From Leptospirillum sp. (GTDB taxonomy: Bacteria; Nitrospirota; Leptospirillia; Leptospirillales; Leptospirillaceae), in NCBI GenBank assembly GCA_027315205.1, contig DAHUYM010000005.1:7638-71637 (forward strand): a DNA stretch of 64,000 nt. The letters are read 5' to 3'. The position numbers were made by a program, and so were the translations under genes. The notes below the pieces were generated by a model. It did not search any database. It saw only the letters and a list, made by a program, of their open reading frames with translations, and was not told the DNA's origin. The first letter of the stretch is position 1, and each line of letters begins with the position of its first letter. This document shows, in pieces, positions 36,250 to 47,585 of this stretch.

Positions 36250-36603
36250 TTACCAATACTGTTCTGCCGGGCGAATCTCGATCGCACCGCCAAGGCGAGC
36301 CGCCGGAATCCGGGAGGCGAGCGCGATTGCAGCCTCCATGTTCTCGGCCTCAAAAACCCCATACCCGGCAGCTCCTTCATGGAGATACAGCCCGTCCTTG
36401 ACCTCGACGTTGCCTTTTTGAACCTTGACGGTCCTGGCAGCGTTTGGAAGTCCCAGTGGAAGTCCCGCCGTGAATCCCGGTGTATTGTTTAACTCCGAGT
36501 ACTCTTTGTAGATGGTCTGTTGTTCCTCCTTGGAAAGCGCGTTCCAGCGATCCGTTCCCGGTATCGGTGTTGTTCCTTGATAGATCAACAGTACAAATTT
36601 CAT
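36250..36603 (-). CDS. YCII-related (DGPF) domain protein
   Basis: Trimmed to ATG 36603, which has a GGAGG RBS. MKFVLLIYQG...W....EE........Y..L... is the typical YCII N-terminus. 117 aa. Confidence 0.75.
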   Translation of the reverse strand: MKFVLLIYQGTTPIPGTDRWNALSKEEQQTIYKEYSELNNTPGFTAGLPLGLPNAARTVKVQKGNVEVKDGLYLHEGAAGYGVFEAENMEAAIALASRIPAARLGGAIEIRPAEQYW

Positions 36604-36841
36604 GGTTTCCTCCTTCATCAATTCAAGAAATTGCCGGATTATGCGTATGGCCTGATCAAAAAATCGTCGACATGACCACCATAGACGATTTTTCCGAGTG
36701 ATTTCACGAGATTGCAATGGTCTTTACGACAGAAAAGAATCTTGTCACATTTCATAACAATCGTTCGTCACCCGTATGTATGACGAACCAAAAAAGGCGA
36801 ATGTGACAGACTCGATAAATCTCTATGAGCGAGAGGTCGCT

Positions 36842-37735
36842 ATGGAAAACAAGAACTGGCTAGAAGACAATTTTGAGGAAACCCGCCATCGTTTGCTGGC
36901 CATAGCCTACCGCATGCTGGGATCGGCAGACGAGGCCGAAGATGCGGTTCAAGAAGCGTGGATCCGGCTGACCCGGTCTGAATCGGAAAAAATTGAGAAC
37001 ATAAACGGATGGCTTACAACAGTTGTGACTCGCGTGTGCCTCGATATGCTACGTTCCCGAAAATCGAGGCGTGAAGACCCCCTCGATGAAAAAGTGTACG
37101 AGATTCCCAGCGAAGAATCGGGGAATCCGGAAGACGATTTTCTCCTGGCGGATTCGGTAGGACCGGCCATGCTGGTAGTACTCGATTTGCTCACACCGAC
37201 CGAGCGAATCGCTTTCGTTCTTCATGATCTCTTTGACCTTTCTTTTGAAGAAATCGCTCCCATCATCAGTCGTTCAGAAATGGCGACAAGGCAACTTGCC
37301 AGCCGGGCACGCCGACGAATCAGAGGGGCCAGCACTCCCAAAGAAGACATAGAACGCCAAAAAGAGGTGGTTTCTGCATTTTTGGCCGCTTCGCGTGACG
37401 GAAACTTCGAAGCGCTCATCAAAGTGCTTCATCCGGACGTGATCCTACGAGCTGATGAAACCGCCATCAAAATCTCAGAGTCCAGAAAGTCGAAAGGGGC
37501 GCCGCAATTTCAGCATGAAATCCGCGGAGCGAAGAACGTGGCCGATACATTTAAAGGCAAAGCGGCTGCCGCTCAGCTTGCTCTTGTGAACAGAATGGCC
37601 GGCGCGACCTGGGCACCGGGGGGAAAGCCCGTTGTTGCGTTCTTCTTTTCGTTGAAAGGCGGAACGATTTCCGCGATCGACATCGTGATGGATCCACAAA
37701 AACTGAGCGCTATCGAAATCGAAATGCTTGATTGA
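36842..37735 (+). CDS. ECF sigma factor with C-terminal SnoaL/NTF2-like extension (ECF41/SigJ-like)
   Basis: Region 2 DAVQEAWIRL...WLTTVVTRVCLDMLR. Region 4 LTPTERIAFVLHDLFDLSFEEIAPIISRSEMATRQLASRARRRI. A ~110-aa extension ends ...MDPQKL..., resembling the NPDKL-like motif. No anti-sigma gene is adjacent. The start may be 36776. Confidence 0.85.
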   Translation: MENKNWLEDNFEETRHRLLAIAYRMLGSADEAEDAVQEAWIRLTRSESEKIENINGWLTTVVTRVCLDMLRSRKSRREDPLDEKVYEIPSEESGNPEDDFLLADSVGPAMLVVLDLLTPTERIAFVLHDLFDLSFEEIAPIISRSEMATRQLASRARRRIRGASTPKEDIERQKEVVSAFLAASRDGNFEALIKVLHPDVILRADETAIKISESRKSKGAPQFQHEIRGAKNVADTFKGKAAAAQLALVNRMAGATWAPGGKPVVAFFFSLKGGTISAIDIVMDPQKLSAIEIEMLD

Positions 37736-37899
37736 ATAAACGCCAAAATCTGTCCGAAGACGATCATCCTGCTCCGGCGTCCCGGCCGACGATAACGTTC
37801 ATATTTAGATCCCTCCGGAACACGAGCCGGAAGGTCGCCTGTTCGTATTCCACAGGACCGGACACCGGATGGAGATTTCATCCCTCCCTCACCGCCACG

Positions 37900-38094
37900 T
37901 TACGTCCTGATGCTCCCAGAACGTCCGGAAATCAGTCCCGCCTAAGCCAAGGCTTGCAACGCCTTGGAAAGATAGTCATTCGGTATTCCGTGATATTCGG
38001 AGAGCACCTTCGCCGAAAGGGTTTTATCAGGAGGAAGGTCGGCCAGAACGATCACACGGTGAAGAGCCCATTCCACCTGGTCTCCCAGCACCAT
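37900..38094 (-). pseudogene. Rrf2-family regulator remnant interrupted by an in-frame TAG
   Basis: Manual translation from ATG 38094 gives MVLGDQVEWALHRVIVLADLPPDKTLSAKVLSEYHGIPNDYLSKALQALA*AGLISGRSGSIRT*. This is a Rrf2 wHTH with a stop at 37942-37944, exactly where the recognition helix continues (..L..aGl..s.rG). It is too short to be functional. Confidence 0.5.
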
Positions 38095-38153
38095 CTACAA
38101 GTCGCTCCGGGAAGGAACCGCACCGTTGTCCTGCCGCCAGGAAGCCTTCATTG

Positions 38154-38633
38154 TCAGGACAACCCGGCTTTGTCCAGGCCATACATGGCGTCCAGGGATC
38201 CGGCGGGAGTCTGAAACGATGCAGCGAAGCGGTTCCATATATTGATGATCCCGATGACACATGTGAGGTCGGTCAGCTCTTTTTCGGAAAAGAATGTTCG
38301 AACATGCTCGTAGAGAGTATCCGTCACCCGGTTTTCGCTCAATCGGGTGACGGTCTCCGTCCATTCGAGCGCCGCCTTTTCCCTGTCGGTAAACAGTGCC
38401 GATTCCCGCCATACGGGGAGGTGGTAGAGCCTGAGTTCGCGTTCGCCGTCGATTTTCGCCTCTTTGCTGTGCATATCCACGCAAAACGTACAATGGTTTA
38501 TCTGGGAAGCGCGCAAGACCACCAGGTTGATCAACGATCGTTCGAGGCTCCCTTTCTTCGTCTTCTGGCTCATTTCGCTGAGCAATCCGATCTGATCCTT
38601 TGCATGGAGAGCATAATTCATCCGAAGAGCCAT
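38154..38633 (-). CDS. Carboxymuconolactone decarboxylase/AhpD-like family protein
   Basis: Trimmed to ATG 38633, which has a GGAGG RBS. ...LRASQINHCTFCVDMH... is the AhpD-like CxxC. Confidence 0.85.
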   Translation of the reverse strand: MALRMNYALHAKDQIGLLSEMSQKTKKGSLERSLINLVVLRASQINHCTFCVDMHSKEAKIDGERELRLYHLPVWRESALFTDREKAALEWTETVTRLSENRVTDTLYEHVRTFFSEKELTDLTCVIGIINIWNRFAASFQTPAGSLDAMYGLDKAGLS

Positions 38634-38817
38634 GGATACCTCCTGTGATATGGAATTTTTATTCACAATTAATGTGATTTAGGTCCGAAGAACAATCCTT
38701 CACCGAGATCCAAGAAAATTCGGACAAGGTCTGACCTTGAACGTGGGGAAAACTTCATTCACCCCATATTTTTGATGAGGAAAGTGTCGAAAGGGAAAAA
38801 AGCGGTCAGCCACGCCG

Positions 38818-39159
38818 TCAGGGGGACTCAACCTTCCGGGGAAGAACGAGGATCTCGCCAGGACGGATGCGGTGTTCGGCTTCGCGCGCGATCCGCTCCA
38901 AGGCGAACGGATCGGAGCGGAGGGCGTCGACGAGCGTTTTCCGTTCGTCGATCTCGTGCCGGAGACGGCTATCCTCGCGGGCCAGGTCCCGCCCTTCCCA
39001 GCGATACTTGATCAGGGCAAGGAGTCCGGTATTTTTCGAGACGAGGGCGCCCGTTCCGTAGAGGATCATGGCCGTCCCGGAGATGAGGAGTAGCCAGACG
39101 AGCGCGCGACCTCCCGAAGAAGGCCCCGTAATCGGCGAAATTGGAACGGTCTTGGCCAT
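38818..39159 (-). CDS. ftsB: Septum formation initiator FtsB/DivIC-like
   Basis: 113 aa. One TM helix (LVWLLLISGTAMILY), then a coiled coil (...LAREDSRLRHEIDERKTLVDALRSDPFALERIARE...). It lies directly downstream of eno. Confidence 0.75.
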   Translation of the reverse strand: MAKTVPISPITGPSSGGRALVWLLLISGTAMILYGTGALVSKNTGLLALIKYRWEGRDLAREDSRLRHEIDERKTLVDALRSDPFALERIAREAEHRIRPGEILVLPRKVESP

Positions 39160-39162
39160 CTC

Positions 39163-40934
<1,772 letters not shown>

Positions 40935-40976
40935 AGGAAAGTCCCCGCCATTGGTTCCGGAAAGAGCAATGTCCCC

Positions 40977-41636
40977 CTAGGGCTGCTTCTTTCCTTCCCG
41001 GTAGGAAACGAGCTCTTTCGACCAGTGCCAGAGGCCGTCTTCGGACCAGCCACCCTCCGCGACGAGCCCCAGGTTCGGCGTGTAATAATCATACAGGATC
41101 TGTGGACTTTTCCTCCGGATCAGATCGTAGGTGATGCGTTTCCGGACGACCCAGCAGACGAACGTGCCGGCCGGAAGGACGACCCGGACTTTTCCCCAGA
41201 CCCGGTTGTGGATCCGGTTCTGTCCATCCTGGACCTCCCATATCCCCCCCTTTTTGAAGGGTAGGCGATATTGGAGGAACGGGGGTCGATAGGTCCATGT
41301 GCGGGAGCCGAACGCGGAGGTCGAAGTGTTCTGGACCACCTCCCCCGACCCGGGATCGTAGGAAAAAGTGCCCACGATCGATCTTTCGGGAAACTTCATG
41401 TAATGGATCTTCCGGATGATCTCGACCCTCCGGGTCCCCCCCGCCCCCTGCAGCGGGTTTACTTCTTCCCGTATCAGGACCTTTCCGCCGAGTCCGGTGA
41501 ACTTCTTGACCAGCGGTCCCGACGGGAAGTAGGCGCCAGGGTCACCGGCGGCTTCCGAAGGCGCCGATGGAAGGGAAACGCTCCCAAAGCAGGCGAGGAA
41601 GAGTGCAAAAGTGGAGAGGAAACCCTTTCCCGTCAC
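40977..41636 (-). CDS. Secreted hypothetical protein
   Basis: 219 aa. Signal peptide (FLSTFALFLACFGSVSLPSAPSEA), then beta-rich, Trp/Tyr-rich sequence with no cofactor motif. The GTG start overlaps the gatB stop (GTGA at 41633-41636). Confidence 0.6.
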   Translation of the reverse strand: MTGKGFLSTFALFLACFGSVSLPSAPSEAAGDPGAYFPSGPLVKKFTGLGGKVLIREEVNPLQGAGGTRRVEIIRKIHYMKFPERSIVGTFSYDPGSGEVVQNTSTSAFGSRTWTYRPPFLQYRLPFKKGGIWEVQDGQNRIHNRVWGKVRVVLPAGTFVCWVVRKRITYDLIRRKSPQILYDYYTPNLGLVAEGGWSEDGLWHWSKELVSYREGKKQP

Positions 41637-43105
41637 CTTCCGAGGGCCTCTTTCAGAAGATGGTTGAGCTTCTGGGGATTGGCTTTCCCCCCCGATTTCT
41701 TCATGACCTGTCCCACCAGGAAACCGAAAAGACGATCTTTTCCATCGCGATAGGACTGGACTTCAGACGGATTTTCGGCCAGGACCTCCACGATCCAACG
41801 ACCGATCGTTTCTTCGCCCGACTCCTGGGAAAGGTTCCGTTCCTCGATGACCTTGCGCGGAGACTTTCCGGACTCGACAGCGATCGCGTACACGTCCTTC
41901 GCCTGGCTGAGGGAAAGCCGCTCTTCGGTTACGAGGGCGAGCAAGTGGGCGATCTCCGCGGAGGATAGAGAATCCCCCAGGACCTGGACCCCTTTGCGGT
42001 TCCATTCCCTCAGGACTTCCGTAAGAAGGAAGTTCACAAGCCGCGCGACACCCTTTTCCAGAGGCCAGCCGCCTTTCTCCGAATGACCCCTGAGGGCTTC
42101 CCGGGCTTCGTCCAGATACCGGGCCAGCTCCTCCTCGACCACGAGGATCTCGGCTTCGGCCTCACCGATGCCGAATTCGCGGGATATCCGGAGAATCCGC
42201 TCCTGCGGAAGTTCGGGAAGGGACGCTTTCTCTTTTTCGATCCATTCGGGATCGAGGACCAGGGGCGGAATGTCCGGTTCGGGAAAATACCGGTAGTCCA
42301 GGGCCTCTTCCTTCGAACGCATGGGAAGGGTCCGTCCGGTGTGGCTGTCGAAAAGCCGAGTCTCGCTCACGACCCGCTCCCCCCGCTCCAGGAGCTCGGA
42401 CTGCCGTTCGACCTCGAACACGAGCGCCTTATGGACGAACCGGAACGAGTTCATGTTCTTGATTTCCACCTTCGTCCCGAAGGTGGAAGACCCGATCGGA
42501 CGAAGCGACACGTTGGCGTCGCACCGGAAGCTTCCCTCCTCCATGTTCCCGTCGGAGACGCCGGTCGAACGGAGAATCTGCCGAAGCTTCTTCAGATAAT
42601 CCACCGCCTCTTCGGGGGTGCGGATATCCGGCTCGGACACGATTTCCAGGAGAGGGACCCCGGCACGGTTCAGGTCGACATGGCTTGCGTCCCGGATCCC
42701 GGCGTGGAGGTTCTTTCCGGCGTCCTCCTCCATGTGTATGCGGTGGAGACGTATGTCGCGGACCTCTGGTCCCGAACGCACCGGGATCGCTCCTCCCGTC
42801 AGCAGGGGGTAGGTGAACTGTGAAATCTGATAGCCCTTGGGGAGGTCGGGGTAGAAATAATGCTTCCGGTCGAAAACGCTCCGGTGGTGGATCGTGCACC
42901 CCAAGGAGAGTCCCAGTCGTATCCCGAGCCGGACGGCCGCCTCGTTCAGAACGGGAAGGACGCCCGGATGGCCGAGGCAGACGGGACAGGTCAGGGTGTT
43001 CGGAGGCGCACCGAACCGGTTTTCGCATCCGCAGAAGAGCTTGGCATGTGTCAGAAGCTGGGAATGGACCTCGAGTCCGACGACCATCTCGAACGAAGGG
43101 CTCAC
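41633..43105 (-). CDS. gatB: Asp/Glu-tRNA amidotransferase subunit B
   Basis: The listed 1015-aa ORF (41633..44680) was trimmed to GTG 43105, which overlaps the gatA stop (GTGA). ...FEMVVGLEVHSQLLTHAKLFCGCEN...DRKHYFYPDLPKGYQISQ... 491 aa. Confidence 0.9.
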   Translation of the reverse strand: MSPSFEMVVGLEVHSQLLTHAKLFCGCENRFGAPPNTLTCPVCLGHPGVLPVLNEAAVRLGIRLGLSLGCTIHHRSVFDRKHYFYPDLPKGYQISQFTYPLLTGGAIPVRSGPEVRDIRLHRIHMEEDAGKNLHAGIRDASHVDLNRAGVPLLEIVSEPDIRTPEEAVDYLKKLRQILRSTGVSDGNMEEGSFRCDANVSLRPIGSSTFGTKVEIKNMNSFRFVHKALVFEVERQSELLERGERVVSETRLFDSHTGRTLPMRSKEEALDYRYFPEPDIPPLVLDPEWIEKEKASLPELPQERILRISREFGIGEAEAEILVVEEELARYLDEAREALRGHSEKGGWPLEKGVARLVNFLLTEVLREWNRKGVQVLGDSLSSAEIAHLLALVTEERLSLSQAKDVYAIAVESGKSPRKVIEERNLSQESGEETIGRWIVEVLAENPSEVQSYRDGKDRLFGFLVGQVMKKSGGKANPQKLNHLLKEALGR

Positions 43106-44586
43106 GCGGCCGTCTCCCCTTTCTTGGAAAAAAGGTCGGGGGGACGTTTTGTGCCCACGGCCCTCTCGAGGACCTGGGCCATCCGGAGGAGCTTTCCCTC
43201 CGACCAGGCCGGACCGATCAGCTGGGCTCCCGCCGGGAGTCCCGAAGGAGTCGGATAGGAAGGGGCCGACAAGGCCGGAAGACCGGCAAGGTTCGCGGAA
43301 ATTGTATAGATATCGGACAAATACATGGACAGGGGATCGGCGACTTTTTCGCCGAAACGGAACGGGGGGGTGGGCGTCGTCGGGGCAAAGATCAGGTCGA
43401 CTTCGTGGAACGCGCGGTCGAACTCCTCCCGGATCAGGGCCTGCACTTGCTGGGCACGCCGGTAATACTGGTCCTGGTATCCGGCCGACAGGGCGAAGGT
43501 TCCCAAAAGGATCCTCCGCTTGACCTCCGGGCCGAACCCCTCCCTGCGGGTGTTTTCGTAAAGGGCCTTCAGGTCCGGAACCGACAGGGACCTGAGACCG
43601 TATCGGACCCCATCGTACCGGGAGAGGTTCGACGCGGCTTCGCTCGTGGCGATCAGGTAGTAGACGTTGATCCCGTACTTCGCGGAGGGCAAGCGGACGG
43701 GCTTGAAGACGATCCCTTCGGATTCCCATACGGCCCTGGCCCTCTCGAGGGATGCGGCGATCGCGCCGTCCAAGCCTTCGCCGAAGAATTCCTCGGGCAT
43801 TCCCACGGTCAGCCCCCGGGTGCCCATTGCAAAATCCCTTTCCATCTCGACGGGATCCCGTGAGGAAACGGTCATGTCCTTGCCGTCGGGGCCCGACACG
43901 AGGACGGTCAACGCGAGGGCATCCGCCGCGGAGAATGAGAACGGGCCGATCTGGTCGAGCGAAGAGGAAAAGGCCACGAGGCCGTAACGGGAAACCCGCC
44001 CGTAGGTAGGCTTCAACCCGAGAACCCCGCAGAACGCGGCCGGCTGACGGATAGAGCCTCCGGTGTCCGAACCCAGGGACATGGGAGCAAGTCCCGCCGC
44101 CACCGCCACCGCGGATCCTCCGGAAGAGCCCCCCGGCACCCGGGCAGGATCCCACGGATTTTTCGTGGGACCCATCGCGGAGTTCTCCGTCGAGCTTCCC
44201 ATCGCGAACTCGTCCATGTTGGTCTTTCCCAGCACGATCGCTCCGGCCTTCAGGAGCCGGTCGACGACGGTCGCGTTCTCGACCGGGCGGAAGTTCGCAA
44301 GCATCGCCGACGAACAGGTCGTCGGAAGGCCGATCGCGTGCAGGTTGTCCTTGAGGGCGACGGGGTATCCGTAAAAAGGGGATTGGGCGGGGTTCCGGGC
44401 TTTTCGATTGTCCAGCTGGCGCGCCCGGTTCACCGCGTTCGGATTGACGGTGAGGTAGGCGCCCAGGGAGGGATTGTGGGATTCGATCCGGTCCAGGTAA
44501 TGGCGGACCGATTCCTCGATCGAAAACGCCCCTTCGTCGCGCCCTTTCCGGAACTCTTCGAGAGAGGAGAAAAAAGACGCGCTCAC
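43102..44586 (-). CDS. gatA: Asp/Glu-tRNA amidotransferase subunit A
   Basis: Amidase signature [12 protein letters not shown]...[16 protein letters not shown]. 494 aa. Confidence 0.95.
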   Translation of the reverse strand: MSASFFSSLEEFRKGRDEGAFSIEESVRHYLDRIESHNPSLGAYLTVNPNAVNRARQLDNRKARNPAQSPFYGYPVALKDNLHAIGLPTTCSSAMLANFRPVENATVVDRLLKAGAIVLGKTNMDEFAMGSSTENSAMGPTKNPWDPARVPGGSSGGSAVAVAAGLAPMSLGSDTGGSIRQPAAFCGVLGLKPTYGRVSRYGLVAFSSSLDQIGPFSFSAADALALTVLVSGPDGKDMTVSSRDPVEMERDFAMGTRGLTVGMPEEFFGEGLDGAIAASLERARAVWESEGIVFKPVRLPSAKYGINVYYLIATSEAASNLSRYDGVRYGLRSLSVPDLKALYENTRREGFGPEVKRRILLGTFALSAGYQDQYYRRAQQVQALIREEFDRAFHEVDLIFAPTTPTPPFRFGEKVADPLSMYLSDIYTISANLAGLPALSAPSYPTPSGLPAGAQLIGPAWSEGKLLRMAQVLERAVGTKRPPDLFSKKGETAA

Positions 44587-44948
44587 AGGGCGTTCCTGCG
44601 GGAACGGATCCGGTTCTTTTCGTCCACCTTGACGATGATCGGTTCGTATTCCTTGATCTCGGACTCCGAATAGTGGGCATAGCAGAAGATGATGACCCTG
44701 TCCCCGACGGCCCCTTTCCGGGCAGTCGGCCCGTTGAGGCAGACGACCCCGCTTCCGGGCTTGCCGGGAATGACGTAGGTGGCGAAACGCTCCCCGTTGT
44801 TCAGGTTGCTGATCACAACCTGCTCGAACGGCAGGAGTCCCGACGCGTCCATCAGTTCCTGGTCGAGGGTCAGGCTTCCTTCATATTCAAGGTCGGACTG
44901 GGTCACCGTCGCGCGATGGATCTTGGAGCGGAGCATCGTTCTGAGCAT
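44583..44948 (-). CDS. panD: Aspartate 1-decarboxylase
   Basis: [29 protein letters not shown] carries the self-processing G-S site. Trimmed from ORF 44583..45098. GTGA overlap with the gatA start. Confidence 0.9.
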   Translation of the reverse strand: MLRTMLRSKIHRATVTQSDLEYEGSLTLDQELMDASGLLPFEQVVISNLNNGERFATYVIPGKPGSGVVCLNGPTARKGAVGDRVIIFCYAHYSESEIKEYEPIIVKVDEKNRIRSRRNAL

Positions 44949-44952
44949 GATT

Positions 44953-45252
44953 TTAGCGCCCTTCCTCGAGAATGCGGGGGACCCGGAAGAATCCCCCCGA
45001 CCGGTCCGGTGCGTTGGACAGGGCCGACTCGACAGGAAGGGAGTGCCGGGAAACGTCCTCTCGTAGCGGTGTCGGTGGTTTCGCTGCCTCCGAAACATGG
45101 AGTCCGGGAGGAGGCAGGGGAAGACGGTTCAGTGTTTCGACATAATCCAATATCCGGGACAGTTCTCCGGCGAAATGCTCAACCTCTTCTTCCGTAAGGG
45201 AGAGGTTGGCGAGCCGAGCGACATGGAGAACCTGTTGTCGGGTCAGTTCCAT
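44953..45252 (-). CDS. gatC: Asp/Glu-tRNA amidotransferase subunit C
   Basis: [41 protein letters not shown]... 99 aa, trimmed from ORF 44953..45489. Confidence 0.85.
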   Translation of the reverse strand: MELTRQQVLHVARLANLSLTEEEVEHFAGELSRILDYVETLNRLPLPPPGLHVSEAAKPPTPLREDVSRHSLPVESALSNAPDRSGGFFRVPRILEEGR

Positions 45253-45335
45253 GCTAAGAATTTCCTTTCTCGGGGGGATTAATCCCCGTCCGGTCATTAT
45301 ATTCGATCCCCGGCGAAGGGACAAACAAGGGCGCG

Positions 45336-47585
45336 TCAGTCGGCAGTCAGGTTGGCGAACCGTTCGAGGAGGCGTTTCACCCCCACCTCTTCGAAGCGGA
45401 TCGCGAGTTCGAGGTCCCCGCCTTCTCCGGACGCTTCTTCCACCACGCCCTGTCCGAACCGGGCATGACGGACGACCCGGCCGATCCATTCCGGGCGCGA
45501 AACGATTTTCGGTTTCGGGGGTACTTCGGAAGACCCCGGCTCGCTCCTTCGCGAAACGCCCATCGGTTCCGAATGCCGGGCCCCGCTCGAGGAGTGGGTC
45601 CCGGAGACGGATCTTCCGATCCCCGAAGGTTCTCCCGCCCCGGCAGGGGACGGCCGGTCACCTTCTGTGAACTCCCGGGGAAGATCGAACAAAAAACGGG
45701 ACGGCTTGAACGAATCGGTTTTCCCGAACAGTTGCCGGGTCAGGCAATAGGTGATCTCGAGCGTCTCCCTGGCCCGGGTCATTCCGACATAGAAAAGGCG
45801 CCGCTCCTCTTCGACGTCGACCCGGTTCCGCCCCCTGAGCGGAAGGATCCCTTCCTCCGCCCCGGCCAGGTACACGTGCCGGAATTCGAGTCCCTTGGCC
45901 TGGTGGATCGTCAGCAGGGCGACACGATCCGGCGTCTCTCCGGCTTCCGTATCTCCCGGATCGTCCTGGGACAGGGCCAGCTCCTCGAGAAAAACGCCGG
46001 CCGGGGTCCGCTCCGGCACCGCCTTCCACGACCTGTCGAACCGATCGGCCATACGGGAAAGCTCACGGAGATTCTCCCGACGATCCCGAAGGGTTCCTTC
46101 CGGTTCTCCGAGTCCCTCGAGGTAGCGCTCGTAACCGGTCCGTTCCAGCCAGAATGACAGAAGGGGGCAGACGCCCTCCCCTTTCTCCGCAAGGACCCGG
46201 CCCTCGGACAGGTCGTCCGCAAAACGCCGGGCGGTATCGGCGGCTTTCTGGGGAAGCTCCTCCGCAAGGAGGGAAAGAAGACGCCGGGCGGGAAGGGCTT
46301 CCTTGTCGGCCAGGGCTTCGAGCCGGTTCCGGGTTTTATCACCGAAACCTCTCTGGGGGACGTTCAGGACCCGGGAGAGGCTCACCCGGTCGAACGGGTT
46401 GACGCAAAGGCGCATATAGGCCAGGAGATCCCGGATTTCCCTCCGGGAGAAAAATCCGTCGGATCCCGCACGGATCTTGTAGGGAATGCCCTGTTCGGTC
46501 AGGATCCTGGAAAACGTCTGGGCCTGGACGTTCATCCGGAACAAGACCGCCTGGTCCCGGAACCGGGATCCCGACGAAACCTTTTCCAGGATCCGGAGCC
46601 CGATATGCCGGGCTTCGTCGGATTCGTTTCCCGCCTTCTTAAGGACGACCGGAAGACCCTTTCCCCCGGCAGAGGACATGTCCTTGTCGAAGCGCGAAGT
46701 CGCCGACGAGATCATCGCTTTCGCCGCGCCGACGATCGCCCTGGTGGATCGATAGTTCACCGAAAGTACCACGCGACGGGCATCCGGATAATGGCGGGCG
46801 AACGAGAGGATATGGCCCACGTCGGCGCCCCGGAAACGATAGATGCTCTGGTCGTCGTCCCCCACGACGGTAACGTTTCTCCCGTCCCGGGAAAGGATGC
46901 GGAGAAGGGCTTCCTGGGCGGCGTTCGTGTCCTGGTACTCGTCTACGAGGATATGCTCGAACTGGTTTCGGTAAAACGTCCGGACCTCCGGATCATTCTT
47001 CAGGAGCCGGGTGAGGCGCAGGAGAAGATCGTCGAAATCCAGGACCTTCTGGGCTCCGAGGCGCGCTTCGTAGGATCGATAGAGACCGGCATCTGCCCGG
47101 AACGGACCGAACGAAGTCCTTTCCGCTTCGTCGGGGGAAACCCCCGAGGTCTTCCACTGGCTGATCCGGAGAAGGACCGATTTCGGATCGTGCTCTTTTT
47201 CCGAAAGACCGGCCGCTTCAAGAAGGTCCCGCAGGATTTGCCGCTGATCGGGACCGTCGACGATGGCGAATTCTCGGGGTAGGCCGATCCGGTCGGCATG
47301 CTGCCGGAGCATCCGCGCCGCGACGGAGTGGAAGGTCCCTACCCAGGGGACGGCGAACGAAGGGCGGGATTCCGCAATGCGGCTAACCATTTCCCGGGCC
47401 GCCTTGCGGGTGAACGTGACAGCCAGGATTCTGTCGTCGGACCATCCGTGTTTCTCGAAAAGGTGCAGGAGCCTGGAGATCACGACCCGGGTTTTCCCGG
47501 ATCCGGCCGGCGCGAGAACAAGAAGGGGTCCGCCGGCATGCGTCACCGCCTCATTCTGGGATGGATTCAGTTCGGGAAGGATCAT
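45336..47585 (-). CDS. UvrD/PcrA/Rep-family SF1 DNA helicase
   Basis: Trimmed to ATG 47585. LNPSQNEAV...VLAPAGSGKT (Walker A), DEYQDTN, and a C-terminal ...VVRHARFGQGVVEE...AIRFEEVGVKRL Tudor-like tail. Confidence 0.9.
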   Translation of the reverse strand: MILPELNPSQNEAVTHAGGPLLVLAPAGSGKTRVVISRLLHLFEKHGWSDDRILAVTFTRKAAREMVSRIAESRPSFAVPWVGTFHSVAARMLRQHADRIGLPREFAIVDGPDQRQILRDLLEAAGLSEKEHDPKSVLLRISQWKTSGVSPDEAERTSFGPFRADAGLYRSYEARLGAQKVLDFDDLLLRLTRLLKNDPEVRTFYRNQFEHILVDEYQDTNAAQEALLRILSRDGRNVTVVGDDDQSIYRFRGADVGHILSFARHYPDARRVVLSVNYRSTRAIVGAAKAMISSATSRFDKDMSSAGGKGLPVVLKKAGNESDEARHIGLRILEKVSSGSRFRDQAVLFRMNVQAQTFSRILTEQGIPYKIRAGSDGFFSRREIRDLLAYMRLCVNPFDRVSLSRVLNVPQRGFGDKTRNRLEALADKEALPARRLLSLLAEELPQKAADTARRFADDLSEGRVLAEKGEGVCPLLSFWLERTGYERYLEGLGEPEGTLRDRRENLRELSRMADRFDRSWKAVPERTPAGVFLEELALSQDDPGDTEAGETPDRVALLTIHQAKGLEFRHVYLAGAEEGILPLRGRNRVDVEEERRLFYVGMTRARETLEITYCLTRQLFGKTDSFKPSRFLFDLPREFTEGDRPSPAGAGEPSGIGRSVSGTHSSSGARHSEPMGVSRRSEPGSSEVPPKPKIVSRPEWIGRVVRHARFGQGVVEEASGEGGDLELAIRFEEVGVKRLLERFANLTAD

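Noticed and set aside
37732-38214. 160-aa plus-strand ORF and 102-aa minus-strand ORF (37573..37881) between the sigma factor and the CMD gene.
   Set aside because: No motifs are present. The plus-strand ORF (37732..38214) overlaps the Rrf2 remnant (37900..38094) and the 3' end of the CMD gene; the minus-strand ORF overlaps the 3' end of the sigma-factor gene and at most lies in further decayed Rrf2 sequence. The region is better explained by the Rrf2 pseudogene read on the minus strand.
41633-44680. Listed 1015-aa minus-strand ORF spanning gatB, gatA and part of panD.
   Set aside because: Only the last 491 codons are GatB (start GTG 43105, overlapping the gatA stop). The upstream 524 codons are an Arg/Gly/Pro-rich open frame lying out of frame over the confidently identified gatA. 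This is a GC-bias artefact.
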